Shown: positions 1-9,649 of the stretch, piece after piece
How the letters are laid out: each line of letters begins with the position of its first letter
How positions within the stretch are numbered: position 1 is the stretch's first letter
Source: Candidatus Melainabacteria bacterium 17Bon1m
Lineage (GTDB): Bacteria; Cyanobacteriota; Vampirovibrionia; Obscuribacterales; Obscuribacteraceae
NCBI GenBank assembly: GCA_032128875.1
Contig: JAVLKG010000001.1
Coordinates: 704,001-768,000, forward strand
Length of the DNA stretch: 64,000 nucleotides
Direction: 5' to 3'
Made by a program: the position numbers and the translations under genes
Notes under the pieces: generated by a model
Databases searched by the model: none
The model's input: only the letters and a program-made list of their open reading frames with translations
Told to the model about the DNA's origin: nothing

Positions 1-2
1 AT

Positions 3-1403
3 CTGGAAAGTACCGTTTTTAAGGAAACACATCCGACCGATTCTTTGTTTTCGCGCACAGAGCGTTTACAGAAGGTTCTGGTTGGAAGCGAAGGACCTAC
101 ACCATACGAGAGTCCGCAATATCGTCCTCCGGATCTGCCTTCCTATGCGCGTGTTCCGCCCGCGGCTCCCGCCCAAGATCAACCCAATGCCGGGTGGACG
201 GAGCCCCCGCGCAGTCCTGTGCCGACTGGTAATCCTGGCGAAGGTCAATATTCTTATTTCGATGAAATCGCGGTTCTTCCTGAGAATCGTGTAGTCGTAA
301 ACAACCAGCAACTGCAGGATTACTTCCTGGAGATGGTCAATAATGAGCGCCGTAAAGTCGGATCGCCACCGCTGGAAATCGATCAAATTGCTGAGAAGCT
401 TGCCACCGAGCACGTGACGCAATTGGCTGAGCGAGCGCAAATCTCGCATTCCAATACAAAAGGAGAGAATCCGGATCGGCGCTACACCTTGCTGGGTGGC
501 ACTGACGCTGTCAGCGAAAGTCTGGTATCGCTGAAGAGCAGCGAACTTGGTAGCCGCCGTCTTTATCGCGGTGCTGCTGCAAAACTCTTGCGCGTGCTTA
601 TGTCACACCAAGATGATCGCGACGCTCTGACGTCCCGCGATACCACTCATGTTGGATTTGCCGCGGAGTGGACTGCCGATCACTCACGTTTGATCGCTTG
701 CGCTGAGCTGGTTTCCAAACACGCGATAATCCACCCTGTTCCCGATCAAGCTCACATCGATGAAAAAATCGACGTGAAAGGCGTGATGACTCCGCCTTAT
801 CAATTCGTTCGCGTGACACTAGCATGGGAAGGCGGCAACAGCAATCTTGCCAGTGTTGCTGATGAATCTGATGAAGCGCTTCCTTATTTCCCGCCGCTCG
901 ATTACGTTGCGTATCAAAAGCGCGCTGAAAGCGGCGGGCACGACAAAGCCATCATGATTTTGAAGGGCGTAGGTATTGCGGCGGCAATAGCGGGGGGCGT
1001 TTTCATGCCACCCGTCGCGCTTGCCGCGCCCTTGATTGCGGTTTCGGGCAGCGGAAGTGGCGAACACAAGCCGGCTTCGGAAATTCCGGTGAAAGGCGGA
1101 GTCAAGCTGGAAGGGGCCGTCTTCGAGACGAAAGTGCCGCTCAGCAACGAAGGCAAGGACGGGCTATACTACCTTACGGTGTGGGGCTCAGAAGGTCAGG
1201 GTGGCAAACCGGTCCCAATTTCCAGAAGAGTCATTTATGTTTCCGGTGGCAAGGAAGAAGCCACCAAAACAACCAATTCAGATACCGGCGAAATAACCAG
1301 CGATCAAGCGTCTAAGAGTGAGAAAACCTCTAAGAAAGACGAGAAAAGTACAAAAAATGCAAAGAAAGCTAAGAAAAACAAGAACGCAACGCCATCCAGC
1401 TGA
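3..1403 (+). CDS. CAP (SCP-like) domain protein, probably 5'-truncated by the window edge
   Basis: LEMVNNERRKVGSPPL, ISHSNTKGENPDRRY, ESL and THVGF match the CAP pattern; the frame is open back to base 3; Lys-rich tail. Confidence 0.75.
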   Translation: MESTVFKETHPTDSLFSRTERLQKVLVGSEGPTPYESPQYRPPDLPSYARVPPAAPAQDQPNAGWTEPPRSPVPTGNPGEGQYSYFDEIAVLPENRVVVNNQQLQDYFLEMVNNERRKVGSPPLEIDQIAEKLATEHVTQLAERAQISHSNTKGENPDRRYTLLGGTDAVSESLVSLKSSELGSRRLYRGAAAKLLRVLMSHQDDRDALTSRDTTHVGFAAEWTADHSRLIACAELVSKHAIIHPVPDQAHIDEKIDVKGVMTPPYQFVRVTLAWEGGNSNLASVADESDEALPYFPPLDYVAYQKRAESGGHDKAIMILKGVGIAAAIAGGVFMPPVALAAPLIAVSGSGSGEHKPASEIPVKGGVKLEGAVFETKVPLSNEGKDGLYYLTVWGSEGQGGKPVPISRRVIYVSGGKEEATKTTNSDTGEITSDQASKSEKTSKKDEKSTKNAKKAKKNKNATPSS

Positions 1404-2550
1404 GCTGCTTGTTTTTGCTCTTGCGGTTTGCACCGCCGGTGGTGTAGCGATTTCTTTGGTAAACGGAACAATCGCATACGCTGGCGACAATAAAGCGCCG
1501 CTTCCGCCCGTTTCACCAATGCCTGAACCCGCCGGATGGCCGATGCCAGCGCCGACTTACCAGCCGCCGCCGCGCCGCATGCAGCCACAAGGCGCGTATC
1601 AAGGCGCTCCTCCGCTGCAGACCGGAACTCAGAATACAACGCTGCAAACCGGCACGCAGAACACGATGCTACAGACCGGGACGCAGAACACGATGCTGCA
1701 GACCGGAACGCAGAATACCATGTTGCAAACCGGCACGGTCGGTACGATGATCCAGAGCGGAGCCAACTCCAGCCTTATTCGCGGCGGTGTTGATAGAGAT
1801 GCCGGACCCGTCAACATATTGATTTTGCTCGATGCTTCCTACAGCATGAAAGAAAATCTCGAGCACGGAATGCAAAAGATGGATGCTGCAAAAATGGTGT
1901 TGCAGCAGGCGCTTTCGCGCGTGCCTTCTGATGTGAATTTAGGGCTGCGAGTTTTTGGTCAAGGCTACACCGGCGATCCTTTTATGGACTGCAAACAGAG
2001 CGCACTGCTCGTGCCGCTGGGGCAGGGCAATCGTCGCTCGATTATTGAGCGAGTGAGGCAAGTTCATCCATACGGGCTGACGCCTTTGGAGTTTGCGCTG
2101 CGACAAGCAGCTGAAAACGATTTGCAAGGGCTGAACGGTCCAAAGACTCTGATTTTGATTTCTGATGGTGCGGATACTTGTGGCGGCAATCCATGCGAGT
2201 TCATCAAACAACTGCCACGCATGGGCATCAAACTAAAAGTCGACATCGTCGGATTGAGTTTGAAGAATCGACCTGACGATATCATGGCGCGCCATCAGTT
2301 GAATTGCATAACAGAACAGTCGGGCGGCAAGTATTACGACGCCAATACCGCGGCTCAATTGATTGAAAGCATTTCGGCTAGCGTCAACAAAGCAATTTCC
2401 GGGCGCGTCATAATCAAGCCTGGCACTCCGGCGAAGAATGTCGATACTCCTGTTGAGTTGCAAGAGATTCAGCTTCAAGAACAGCCGCTCAAGGCTCCCG
2501 AAGCACAGCCATTGAAAGCTCCTGATGCGCAGCCACTGCCTCAGAAGTAA
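1357..2550 (+). CDS. Exported von Willebrand factor A domain protein with 9-aa repeats
   Basis: MIDAS motif DASYSM, TPL and LILISDGADTCGG; N-terminal hydrophobic signal ending AYA; ATG 1357 preferred over GTG 1318. Confidence 0.85.
   Translation: MQRKLRKTRTQRHPAELLVFALAVCTAGGVAISLVNGTIAYAGDNKAPLPPVSPMPEPAGWPMPAPTYQPPPRRMQPQGAYQGAPPLQTGTQNTTLQTGTQNTMLQTGTQNTMLQTGTQNTMLQTGTVGTMIQSGANSSLIRGGVDRDAGPVNILILLDASYSMKENLEHGMQKMDAAKMVLQQALSRVPSDVNLGLRVFGQGYTGDPFMDCKQSALLVPLGQGNRRSIIERVRQVHPYGLTPLEFALRQAAENDLQGLNGPKTLILISDGADTCGGNPCEFIKQLPRMGIKLKVDIVGLSLKNRPDDIMARHQLNCITEQSGGKYYDANTAAQLIESISASVNKAISGRVIIKPGTPAKNVDTPVELQEIQLQEQPLKAPEAQPLKAPDAQPLPQK
1615..1760 (+). repeat. In-frame 27-bp tandem repeat (LQTGTQNTM, about 5 copies)
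   Basis: Repeated ctgcaRaccggNacgcagaaYacgatg units read directly from the sequence. Confidence 0.9.
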
Positions 2551-2570
2551 CGGAAGCACGTCCACCCTAG

Positions 2571-2624
2571 TGTAGGGGAAGCGCATGCGCTTCCCTGTCC
2601 GGCAGCCGCATGCGGCTCCCTACA
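2571..2624. repeat. GTAG-family REP doublet (REPIN-like)
   Basis: tGTAG followed by the perfect palindrome gggaagcgcatgcgcttccc, then an inverted second unit ggcagccgcatgcggctccCTACa, between convergent genes. Confidence 0.8.
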
Positions 2625-2633
2625 AGTGGGTAG

Positions 2634-3275
2634 CTATTCCAGCACCTGCCCTTTGCGGATGGCGGAGTAGTAGTAATACCTGTCGAAGCCTTCTGTGTCG
2701 GAAACGACATGGAGAGTCAGAGTTTGGATGTCGCCGGTTGTTTTCCTGACGCGATAAAAGCGCATCGTAGAAAGCTCTGAATCAGCTTGATCGCAGAGGT
2801 CGCGTGGATACATTGCTACATTCAACGTCGCCTTATTCAAATAAACATCGGGCAATAGGCGCAAAACTGTGTTGGTTAGAGCTTTCAATTGCTGGCTAGA
2901 ATTGCTGCTTCTTTTAATGCGGATGACGCCTTGAGTGTCTTCGCCGAGTTTTAATTTCTCATGGCGCCTGAGTCCACGCGGTTTTCCATCGTGGTACCAC
3001 AGTGTTTCATAAATGCGAGTTTTTTCCCAATTGCCTTCCCCATTCCGTACCTTGTAAGAAACCTCAACATTGACGAGCGGGGAAACTGGCGATTTTGGAA
3101 ATTTGAGATACTCGTTCATCGGTTTGGACGACAGGCTCAAAACCCAATCAGCGCCTTCTTCATAATTCTCGGGCAGCGGTCCTATCTCTTCCACCGCCTG
3201 CGCTGCATTTGCGCATAGACATACAAAGAGTGGAATAATGAGGCGAGAACAGCGATTGAAAATTGATACAGACAT
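2634..3275 (-). CDS. Hypothetical exported protein
   Basis: Signal-like MSVSIFNRCSRLIIPLFVCLCANAAQA from ATG 3275; the longer ORF start (3476) lies antisense to the neighbouring gene. Confidence 0.65.
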   Translation of the reverse strand: MSVSIFNRCSRLIIPLFVCLCANAAQAVEEIGPLPENYEEGADWVLSLSSKPMNEYLKFPKSPVSPLVNVEVSYKVRNGEGNWEKTRIYETLWYHDGKPRGLRRHEKLKLGEDTQGVIRIKRSSNSSQQLKALTNTVLRLLPDVYLNKATLNVAMYPRDLCDQADSELSTMRFYRVRKTTGDIQTLTLHVVSDTEGFDRYYYYSAIRKGQVLE

Positions 3276-4368
3276 GGCGACTAGTCTACCAAGGAATCGG
3301 AAGGATGCATTTGATTCGCGCTCGCGCGGCAATATGCTTGTGATGATTGCGCTTGTGGGAGGCATAATCATCGCCGTAGTCGTAATTGGAATTGGCGTGA
3401 TGCTGATACTCTTTTCGCAACAAAAGGGAAGGCAATCAGCCGACGAATTGGCATTAACATTGGCGCAGGTGCTCAATCGCGACGACCGTCAAGGGCAGAT
3501 GAACAACCTTGTTGAGCGTTCGCGAGAGTTGGTCTACTCCTCGCGAAAAGCTTATGACGATTGTGTTTCCGAGGAGTTTCACAACATGGAGCCATTGATG
3601 CGCGACTTGTTAGAAGAGTCGCGTGCCGGTGCTCAAACCGTTGAAAAGACTAGAGAAAGTTTGTCAGAACTCACTATTGCCGAATTGCGCTCGACGCAGA
3701 AAGACTTCAACGAGCGCCTTCAGCAAGCGCATTCTGTAAATCTAAGTTGGATGAACACGTCACGACCGGTTGTGAAACAGCTTGAGGTCGGTTCGATTGA
3801 TAAAGTCAATTCGAACGTGCTTGCGCCACCCGGATTTGCAGAGTTGAAAGCAATGGACGAAAAGAGCGGTATATGTGACTCTCAGACCGGCATCTACCTT
3901 GGCAATATCAATGCGAAATTACCAGGTGCCGACGGTGATTTGGATTTTAAATTGTCTTCTTTAGCTGCGCCCGTGGGTACAACGGTCTCTGCTGCGCGCC
4001 TGACAGATGCGAATGTTTTCAAACAATTCAAAATCCTTCCTCTGGCGGAAAACGCAACAAGTGGTGGCAGCTCTGCGTCCGTCGAATCTAGCGGCGCAAC
4101 TCCTCAACAGTCGGAAGAGGAAAAACGAAAAGCGCAGAAAGTAGATCAAATACCATCGGCTGTCAGGGTGAAGTTGTCGGTAGCAGTTTCCGCTGGCGCA
4201 CCTCAAACTGCAAACGGCAAGACATCGAATACATCAAGTTCATCCAACACATCAGGTATATCAAACACAGCAAACGCAGCAAATTCAACAAGTCCGTTGC
4301 AAGATACTTTGGGTGTGACGACTGCTGCAACTACAGGCGGTGCGCAGCCTGCACCAGACCTGCCATGA
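3274..4368 (+). CDS. Hypothetical protein with prepilin/Tad pseudopilin-like N-terminus
   Basis: Basic leader RSRG followed by hydrophobic NMLVMIALVGGIIIAVVVIGIG, then Q..ADELAL, typical of TadG/TadE-like proteins. Confidence 0.55.
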   Translation: MATSLPRNRKDAFDSRSRGNMLVMIALVGGIIIAVVVIGIGVMLILFSQQKGRQSADELALTLAQVLNRDDRQGQMNNLVERSRELVYSSRKAYDDCVSEEFHNMEPLMRDLLEESRAGAQTVEKTRESLSELTIAELRSTQKDFNERLQQAHSVNLSWMNTSRPVVKQLEVGSIDKVNSNVLAPPGFAELKAMDEKSGICDSQTGIYLGNINAKLPGADGDLDFKLSSLAAPVGTTVSAARLTDANVFKQFKILPLAENATSGGSSASVESSGATPQQSEEEKRKAQKVDQIPSAVRVKLSVAVSAGAPQTANGKTSNTSSSSNTSGISNTANAANSTSPLQDTLGVTTAATTGGAQPAPDLP

Positions 4369-4397
4369 TCTACCTTTAAAATTGCATCAAACAGACT

Positions 4398-5417
4398 TCA
4401 AACGGAAGTTTTCGCGCGAGTTGCTTTGCTGATGATATCGACTGCGTCCTGAATGTCGTTTTTCTCGATGCCGTAATGCGTGACCATGCGGATGCGATGT
4501 TTCATAGTGCCTACCAGCAGCCCTTCTTTCTTCAACGCTTCTTTCAAAGCATCGGCACTTCCATTTTTCAAACTGATGAAAACCATATTGCTTTCAACGG
4601 GTTCAACGTTCAACTCAGAAATGTTTTTCAAACCATCTGCCAAAAGCCTCGCGTTATCGTGGTCTTCTTGAAGTCTGTCCACCATGGTATCGAGTGCTAC
4701 ATCACACGCTGCAGCAAGAACGCCGGCTTGACGCATTGCACCGCCCACGAGTTTTCTTGCTCGATGCGCTCTTTTAATGAAGTCTTTCGAGCCGGCAACA
4801 ATCGAGCCGACCGGCGCAGACAGCCCTTTGGAAAAACACATTTGCACCGAATCAACTGGCGCGACCAGAGATTTGACCGGGAGTTTCAGCGCAATTGCAG
4901 CATTGTAAATGCGGGCGCCATCCAGGTGGAGAAGAAGGTTTTTCTCGTGGCAGAACTTACCGACTGACTCGGTATATTCCTTAGATAGCACACGACCGTC
5001 TTGAGTGTTTTCCAAGCAAACAAGCTTCGATACAGGGCAATGCGGATCGTCGTAGCGGATCGAGGATTCGATTTCTTCCAAAGGCAGAGTGCCGTCTTTG
5101 CGATTATCTATCGTGCAAGTGTGAATGCCGCCGAGTTGTGCGGCGCCACCCTGTTCCCACTGAAAGATGTGATTGTTTTTCCCGACAATGATCTCGTCGC
5201 CGCGTTGGCAATGCGCCAAAAGAGAGACAAGATTTCCTTGCGAGCCGCTGGATACAAAAAGCGCTGCTTCTTTGCCGAAGATGTCTGCGCATTTTTCTTG
5301 CAACCGGTTGATGGTCGGGTCTTCGCCATAGACGTCGTCGCCTACCTCCGCTTTTGCCATTGCCTCCAGCATTGCAGGCGTAGGTTTTGTGACTGTGTCA
5401 CTGCGCAGGTCGATCAT
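4398..5417 (-). CDS. ltaE: Low-specificity L-threonine aldolase
   Basis: MIDLRSDTVT, GDDVYGEDPT, HLDGAR and CFSKGLSAPVGS (PLP lysine). Confidence 0.95.
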   Translation of the reverse strand: MIDLRSDTVTKPTPAMLEAMAKAEVGDDVYGEDPTINRLQEKCADIFGKEAALFVSSGSQGNLVSLLAHCQRGDEIIVGKNNHIFQWEQGGAAQLGGIHTCTIDNRKDGTLPLEEIESSIRYDDPHCPVSKLVCLENTQDGRVLSKEYTESVGKFCHEKNLLLHLDGARIYNAAIALKLPVKSLVAPVDSVQMCFSKGLSAPVGSIVAGSKDFIKRAHRARKLVGGAMRQAGVLAAACDVALDTMVDRLQEDHDNARLLADGLKNISELNVEPVESNMVFISLKNGSADALKEALKKEGLLVGTMKHRIRMVTHYGIEKNDIQDAVDIISKATRAKTSV

Positions 5418-5488
5418 ATTTAAGCTCCGATTTAAGCTCAGATTTAAGCTCAGAGTAGTGCTCTGAAACGGCTCAGATTGGTGCTCTG
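5418..5488. repeat. 12-bp tandem repeat abutting the ltaE start
   Basis: atttaagctcMg x3 (5418-5453) plus degenerate gtgctctga/ggctcaga copies. Confidence 0.85.
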
Positions 5489-5531
5489 AGTTGATCCGAT
5501 TTCCCGATGCTCTTCGGCAACAAATTTTGAT

Positions 5532-7097
5532 CTAGAGCTGAGTTTCCGGCTTTTGCGAGATGGACATTTTCGAGACCACGCCGCGCGTGACAGCATCCGC
5601 AACGTTGCCATATTGATTGATAAGCAGCATTGGGTAGATGCCCAGAATCAAGATTGAAAGGCAGAGTGCCCAGCCGACGAATTTCTCAGTGTTTCTAGCA
5701 TCTGACAAATGACCTTGCCATTTTGCGAGCAGTTCGCCGAAGAAGAGGCGCTTGAAAAGCCAGAGCATGTATCCTGCTGTCAAGATGACGCCAGTGCATG
5801 CAATGACGATTGCTGTTTGAACCATCGCGTGGTGCGGCGCTGTCGTGAGTGCCATGGGCGAAGTGTAGGCGCCGTAGAAGACGGCTGCTTCCGCAACGAA
5901 TCCTGCCAGCCCCGGCAAGCCGAGGTTTGCCATGACCGCGAACATCCACATATAGAATACGTAGGGCATTTCTTTCGCCAGACCGCCGCCGATTTCGTGA
6001 ATGTCACGAGTATGCGTGCGTTCGTAAACACAGCCGACGAGGAAGAACAGCGCGGCTGAAATGACGCCGTGGCTGATCATCTGGAAGATGGCGCCGTTGA
6101 CGGCTGCTGCCGACAGGGAGCCAATTCCTAAGAGCACGAAGCCCATGTGGCTGACACTGGAGAAAGCGATGATGCGCTTCATATCTGTTTGAACCAAGCA
6201 AGCCATTGCGGCCCAAACAATATTGAATGCGCCGAGTGCCATGATCCAGTGACCGTAATCGATGAATACGGTTGGGAAGAAGTCCATGCAGATTCTGACC
6301 AAACCGTAAGAGCCCATCTTGAGGAGCAATCCGGCAAGGATCATTGAAATCGGTGTAGGTGCTTCAACGTGAGCATCCGGCAACCATGTGTGGAATGGGA
6401 AAGATGGAAGCTTGATGATGAAAGCGAGGAAGAAGCCGAGGAAGGCAATCAGTTGGGCCGACTTGGGCAGCAGAGGCGCTACTTGCGCAAGCTTGACCAT
6501 GTCGAATGTGACCATTGCCGGATTGTCGACTGTGAGTGCGAAGTACAGATAGAGCAGACCGCCCAGCATCAGCACGCCGCCGAAGAATGTATACAGCAGG
6601 AATTTCATCGCTGCGTAATCGCGTCTGGGACCGCCCCAGATTGCGATCAAGAAGTACATCGGGACAAGCTCCAATTCGTACATGATGAAGAATTGCAGCA
6701 GGTCAAGAGAAACGAACACTCCGAGAATCGAGAGTGTCAGAAGCATTACGAAGCTGTAAAAAAGTTTCGGTCGATTATCACCAATTGATTCAGATGCCAG
6801 CACCGCCATCAAAGTGACGAAGGCTGTCAGGACCACAAGGCAAAGGCTGAAGCCGTCGACGCCAACGTGGTACTGCACCGGAAACGGTGACGTGATCCAG
6901 GTCACGATTTGCTCGAACTGATAACCGGCGGTACCGGGTTTGAATGACTGTGTGGCAAATGCTGAGAGCGCGAGCATTGCGGCGCTAAATGCAATTGCCA
7001 GCTTTCGTGCCCACTCTGGTGGCATCAGCGCGATTGCGACTGAACCGATGAGAGGTGTCAAGAGAATAGCTGTGAGAATCGACTGAGGTTGGTCCAC
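5532..7097 (-). CDS. ndhD: NDH-1 / complex I membrane subunit 4 (NdhD/NuoM)
   Basis: ELELVPMY, IWGGPRRDYAAMKFLLYT, FPFHTWLPDAHVEAP, LLKMGSYG and QMISHG; resembles cyanobacterial NdhD. Confidence 0.95.
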   Translation of the reverse strand: MDQPQSILTAILLTPLIGSVAIALMPPEWARKLAIAFSAAMLALSAFATQSFKPGTAGYQFEQIVTWITSPFPVQYHVGVDGFSLCLVVLTAFVTLMAVLASESIGDNRPKLFYSFVMLLTLSILGVFVSLDLLQFFIMYELELVPMYFLIAIWGGPRRDYAAMKFLLYTFFGGVLMLGGLLYLYFALTVDNPAMVTFDMVKLAQVAPLLPKSAQLIAFLGFFLAFIIKLPSFPFHTWLPDAHVEAPTPISMILAGLLLKMGSYGLVRICMDFFPTVFIDYGHWIMALGAFNIVWAAMACLVQTDMKRIIAFSSVSHMGFVLLGIGSLSAAAVNGAIFQMISHGVISAALFFLVGCVYERTHTRDIHEIGGGLAKEMPYVFYMWMFAVMANLGLPGLAGFVAEAAVFYGAYTSPMALTTAPHHAMVQTAIVIACTGVILTAGYMLWLFKRLFFGELLAKWQGHLSDARNTEKFVGWALCLSILILGIYPMLLINQYGNVADAVTRGVVSKMSISQKPETQL

Positions 7098-7526
7098 TTC
7101 AAACTCCGATTGTTTACTTTGTCTGCATTCCCGGCTTAGTTGGCTTTCGGCGTATTGCCTGCTGCTTGTTTGCCTTTGGCGTATATGCCTTGGCTATTGC
7201 CGTTTTTGCAGAGTCTGGCTAACGAGGCCAGAAAGTTTCTAAATTATGCGAGACAAGTATATCGAGCTGTCGCGCGGCATACTAGGAAGAACCTCTAAAA
7301 ACGAGCTTACAGATGAACTGTTGAAATGAAAAATCTTCTCACTCAAAGAAACACCATAAATATCAACCGCACTTAATCCGCAGCACACACGATGGCACTA
7401 ATATTGATGTGCGATCGTTGGACTAAGTGTGAAAAACCTCTTGGTAACGGCGAGTAGGCAATCAAGAAGTTCTTGAAATCGGCGACAAAATAGGCGAAAC
7501 AAAAGCCAAAGCAAAAGGATAGTCTC

Positions 7527-9554
7527 GTGGATCAATCAATTGATTACTGGCGTCAGGTAATCGAACTGTCACCGTGGATTGTGGCAACCCCTTTCCTGGT
7601 CGGATTCGGCATCATTCTGCTCAACACGTTGGTTGGGTCGAGTACCAAACTAGTCAAGACTCTATCCATGGTGGCATCCGTAGGCGGTGTGCTCTACGGG
7701 TTCATCCACTCGCTGCTCTTGTTTCAAGCTCTCGTCAAGCACCCCGAACTGGTGCCGTGGGTCAAGAACATTCCTTATTTCACGTCCGCGAGTTTCACTT
7801 TCACGGTCGGCGTTCTTATAGATAACCTTGCAGTCTTCATGATGCTGGTTGTCACTTCCGTCAGCTTGCTGGTGCAAATATATACGCACGGCTACATGCG
7901 GGAAGATCCTGGATATTCGCGCTTCTATTGCTACCTTTCTTTATTCACCGGCTCGATGCTCGGGCTAGTGGTGGCAACCAACCTTTTCCAATCATTTATC
8001 TTCTGGGAACTCGTCGGCGTCTGCAGTTACTTCCTCATTGGATTCTGGTGGAATAAGGAAAGCGCTGCGCAAGCCTGTATGAAAGCTTTCGTCATCAACA
8101 GAGTTGGTGACTTCGGATTCCTTGTAGGTATTCTCTGGTTCTTCGCTGTCACCTACAGCGTGTGGTCTGGACATCCTGTGCTGCAGTTCTTCGACAAAGA
8201 CGGTTATGACGTAGCCGGTGTCATTCAAAAGGCATACCTTGCGAAGAACCTGGACGTGCAAACACTTTGGTTCATATCCATGGTCATGTTCATGGGACCG
8301 ATGGCCAAATCAGCGCAGTTCATGCTTCACACCTGGCTGCCGGACGCGATGGAAGGCCCTACGCCAATCTCCGCACTTATCCACGCTGCAACCATGGTCG
8401 CAGCTGGTATCTACCTCGTCGCTCGCGCATATCCGATCTGGCAGTCTGCTGACGGGACACCGGGCGGCATGGGCTTGACCTTCGTTGCCATCATCGGTGC
8501 AGCAACTGCATTTATGGCTGCCACGATCGCGATGAGTCAGTACGACATCAAACGCGTTTTGGCGTGGTCAACAGTTTCACAGCTTGGATATATGTTTGTC
8601 GGCTTGGGCGCGGGTGCATACACCGGCGGCTTGTTCCACCTTTTCAATCACGCCTTCTTCAAAGCTATGCTCTTCCTATGCTCCGGCGCCGTCATTCACG
8701 GATTAGCCGGCGAGCAAGACATAAGAAAGATGGGTGGCTTGAAAAAGAGCATGCCAATCACAGCCATTTGCTTCCTGATTGGGACAATCTCAATTTCGGG
8801 ATGCCCTGGCTTCAGCGGATTCTTCTCTAAGGATGAAATCATCGGCGCAGCAACGGCTATGGATCCGATGCTTGGCGGCGTAATGATTTTGACCGCCGGT
8901 CTGACTGCCTTTTATATGTTCCGTGTTTACTTCATGACATTCGAAGGCGCATATAGAGGTAACGCACACCCGCATGAATCCCCACTGGTAATGACTGCGC
9001 CGCTAATGGTTTTGGCTGTGCCGTCCATCTTGTCCGGTTATCTGGGCTTCAACTTTGCTTCGCTGGGTGCCATTTCATTCACCGGCGAGCACGGTAAAGC
9101 GTTCTCTAACTGGTTTGGTTCTTTCATCTACTTCAAGCAGCCCGTCTTTGAAGGCATTAACGGCACTGTTATGCTTTCTTCCATCGGCTTTGCTGCTGCC
9201 GGTTTTCTCGTTGCATATCTGATGTATGTGGCAGGTTCGCTGAAGTGGAACCAGGCGATTGCCGAGAGCAAATCTCCGCTTGTGCAAGGCATCTATCAGT
9301 TTTCCTTCAACAAGTGGTATTTCGACAACCTCTATATGGGCTTGATTCAAAAGGGCATCCTGCCTGGATTCCAAGCACTTTGGAAGCTGATCGATATCCT
9401 CATCGTCGACAACATCGTCAACGGTGCAGGCATCGTGTCCCGAGGTATGGGCGAAGGTTTGCGTTATGCGCAAAACGGCAGAGGTCAATACTACGCACTG
9501 GTAATATTCGGATGGGTGGCTGGTCTTACCGTTCTTGTATTCTTCCTGCGCTGA
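7527..9554 (+). CDS. ndhF: NDH-1 / complex I membrane subunit 5 (NdhF/NuoL)
   Basis: WELVGVCSY, NRVGDFG, WLPDAMEGPTPISALIHAATMV and HAFFKAMLFL; C-terminal NKWYFD..QNGRGQYYAL as in cyanobacterial NdhF1. Confidence 0.95.
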   Translation: MDQSIDYWRQVIELSPWIVATPFLVGFGIILLNTLVGSSTKLVKTLSMVASVGGVLYGFIHSLLLFQALVKHPELVPWVKNIPYFTSASFTFTVGVLIDNLAVFMMLVVTSVSLLVQIYTHGYMREDPGYSRFYCYLSLFTGSMLGLVVATNLFQSFIFWELVGVCSYFLIGFWWNKESAAQACMKAFVINRVGDFGFLVGILWFFAVTYSVWSGHPVLQFFDKDGYDVAGVIQKAYLAKNLDVQTLWFISMVMFMGPMAKSAQFMLHTWLPDAMEGPTPISALIHAATMVAAGIYLVARAYPIWQSADGTPGGMGLTFVAIIGAATAFMAATIAMSQYDIKRVLAWSTVSQLGYMFVGLGAGAYTGGLFHLFNHAFFKAMLFLCSGAVIHGLAGEQDIRKMGGLKKSMPITAICFLIGTISISGCPGFSGFFSKDEIIGAATAMDPMLGGVMILTAGLTAFYMFRVYFMTFEGAYRGNAHPHESPLVMTAPLMVLAVPSILSGYLGFNFASLGAISFTGEHGKAFSNWFGSFIYFKQPVFEGINGTVMLSSIGFAAAGFLVAYLMYVAGSLKWNQAIAESKSPLVQGIYQFSFNKWYFDNLYMGLIQKGILPGFQALWKLIDILIVDNIVNGAGIVSRGMGEGLRYAQNGRGQYYALVIFGWVAGLTVLVFFLR

Positions 9555-9649
9555 TAAGGCAGCTGGGAAACTCTGAAACGCAAGATGGAAACTTGAAAGT
9601 CAGGCGCATAGCGCTAATCGGTAACTGTTGAGAGGAGAGGCACAGGCAA

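Noticed and set aside
5532..9554. Interpretation as Mrp antiporter, DAB carbon pump or CO2-uptake NdhF3/D3
   Set aside because: Motifs match NdhF1/NdhD-type subunits; no mrp, dabA or cupA/B neighbours
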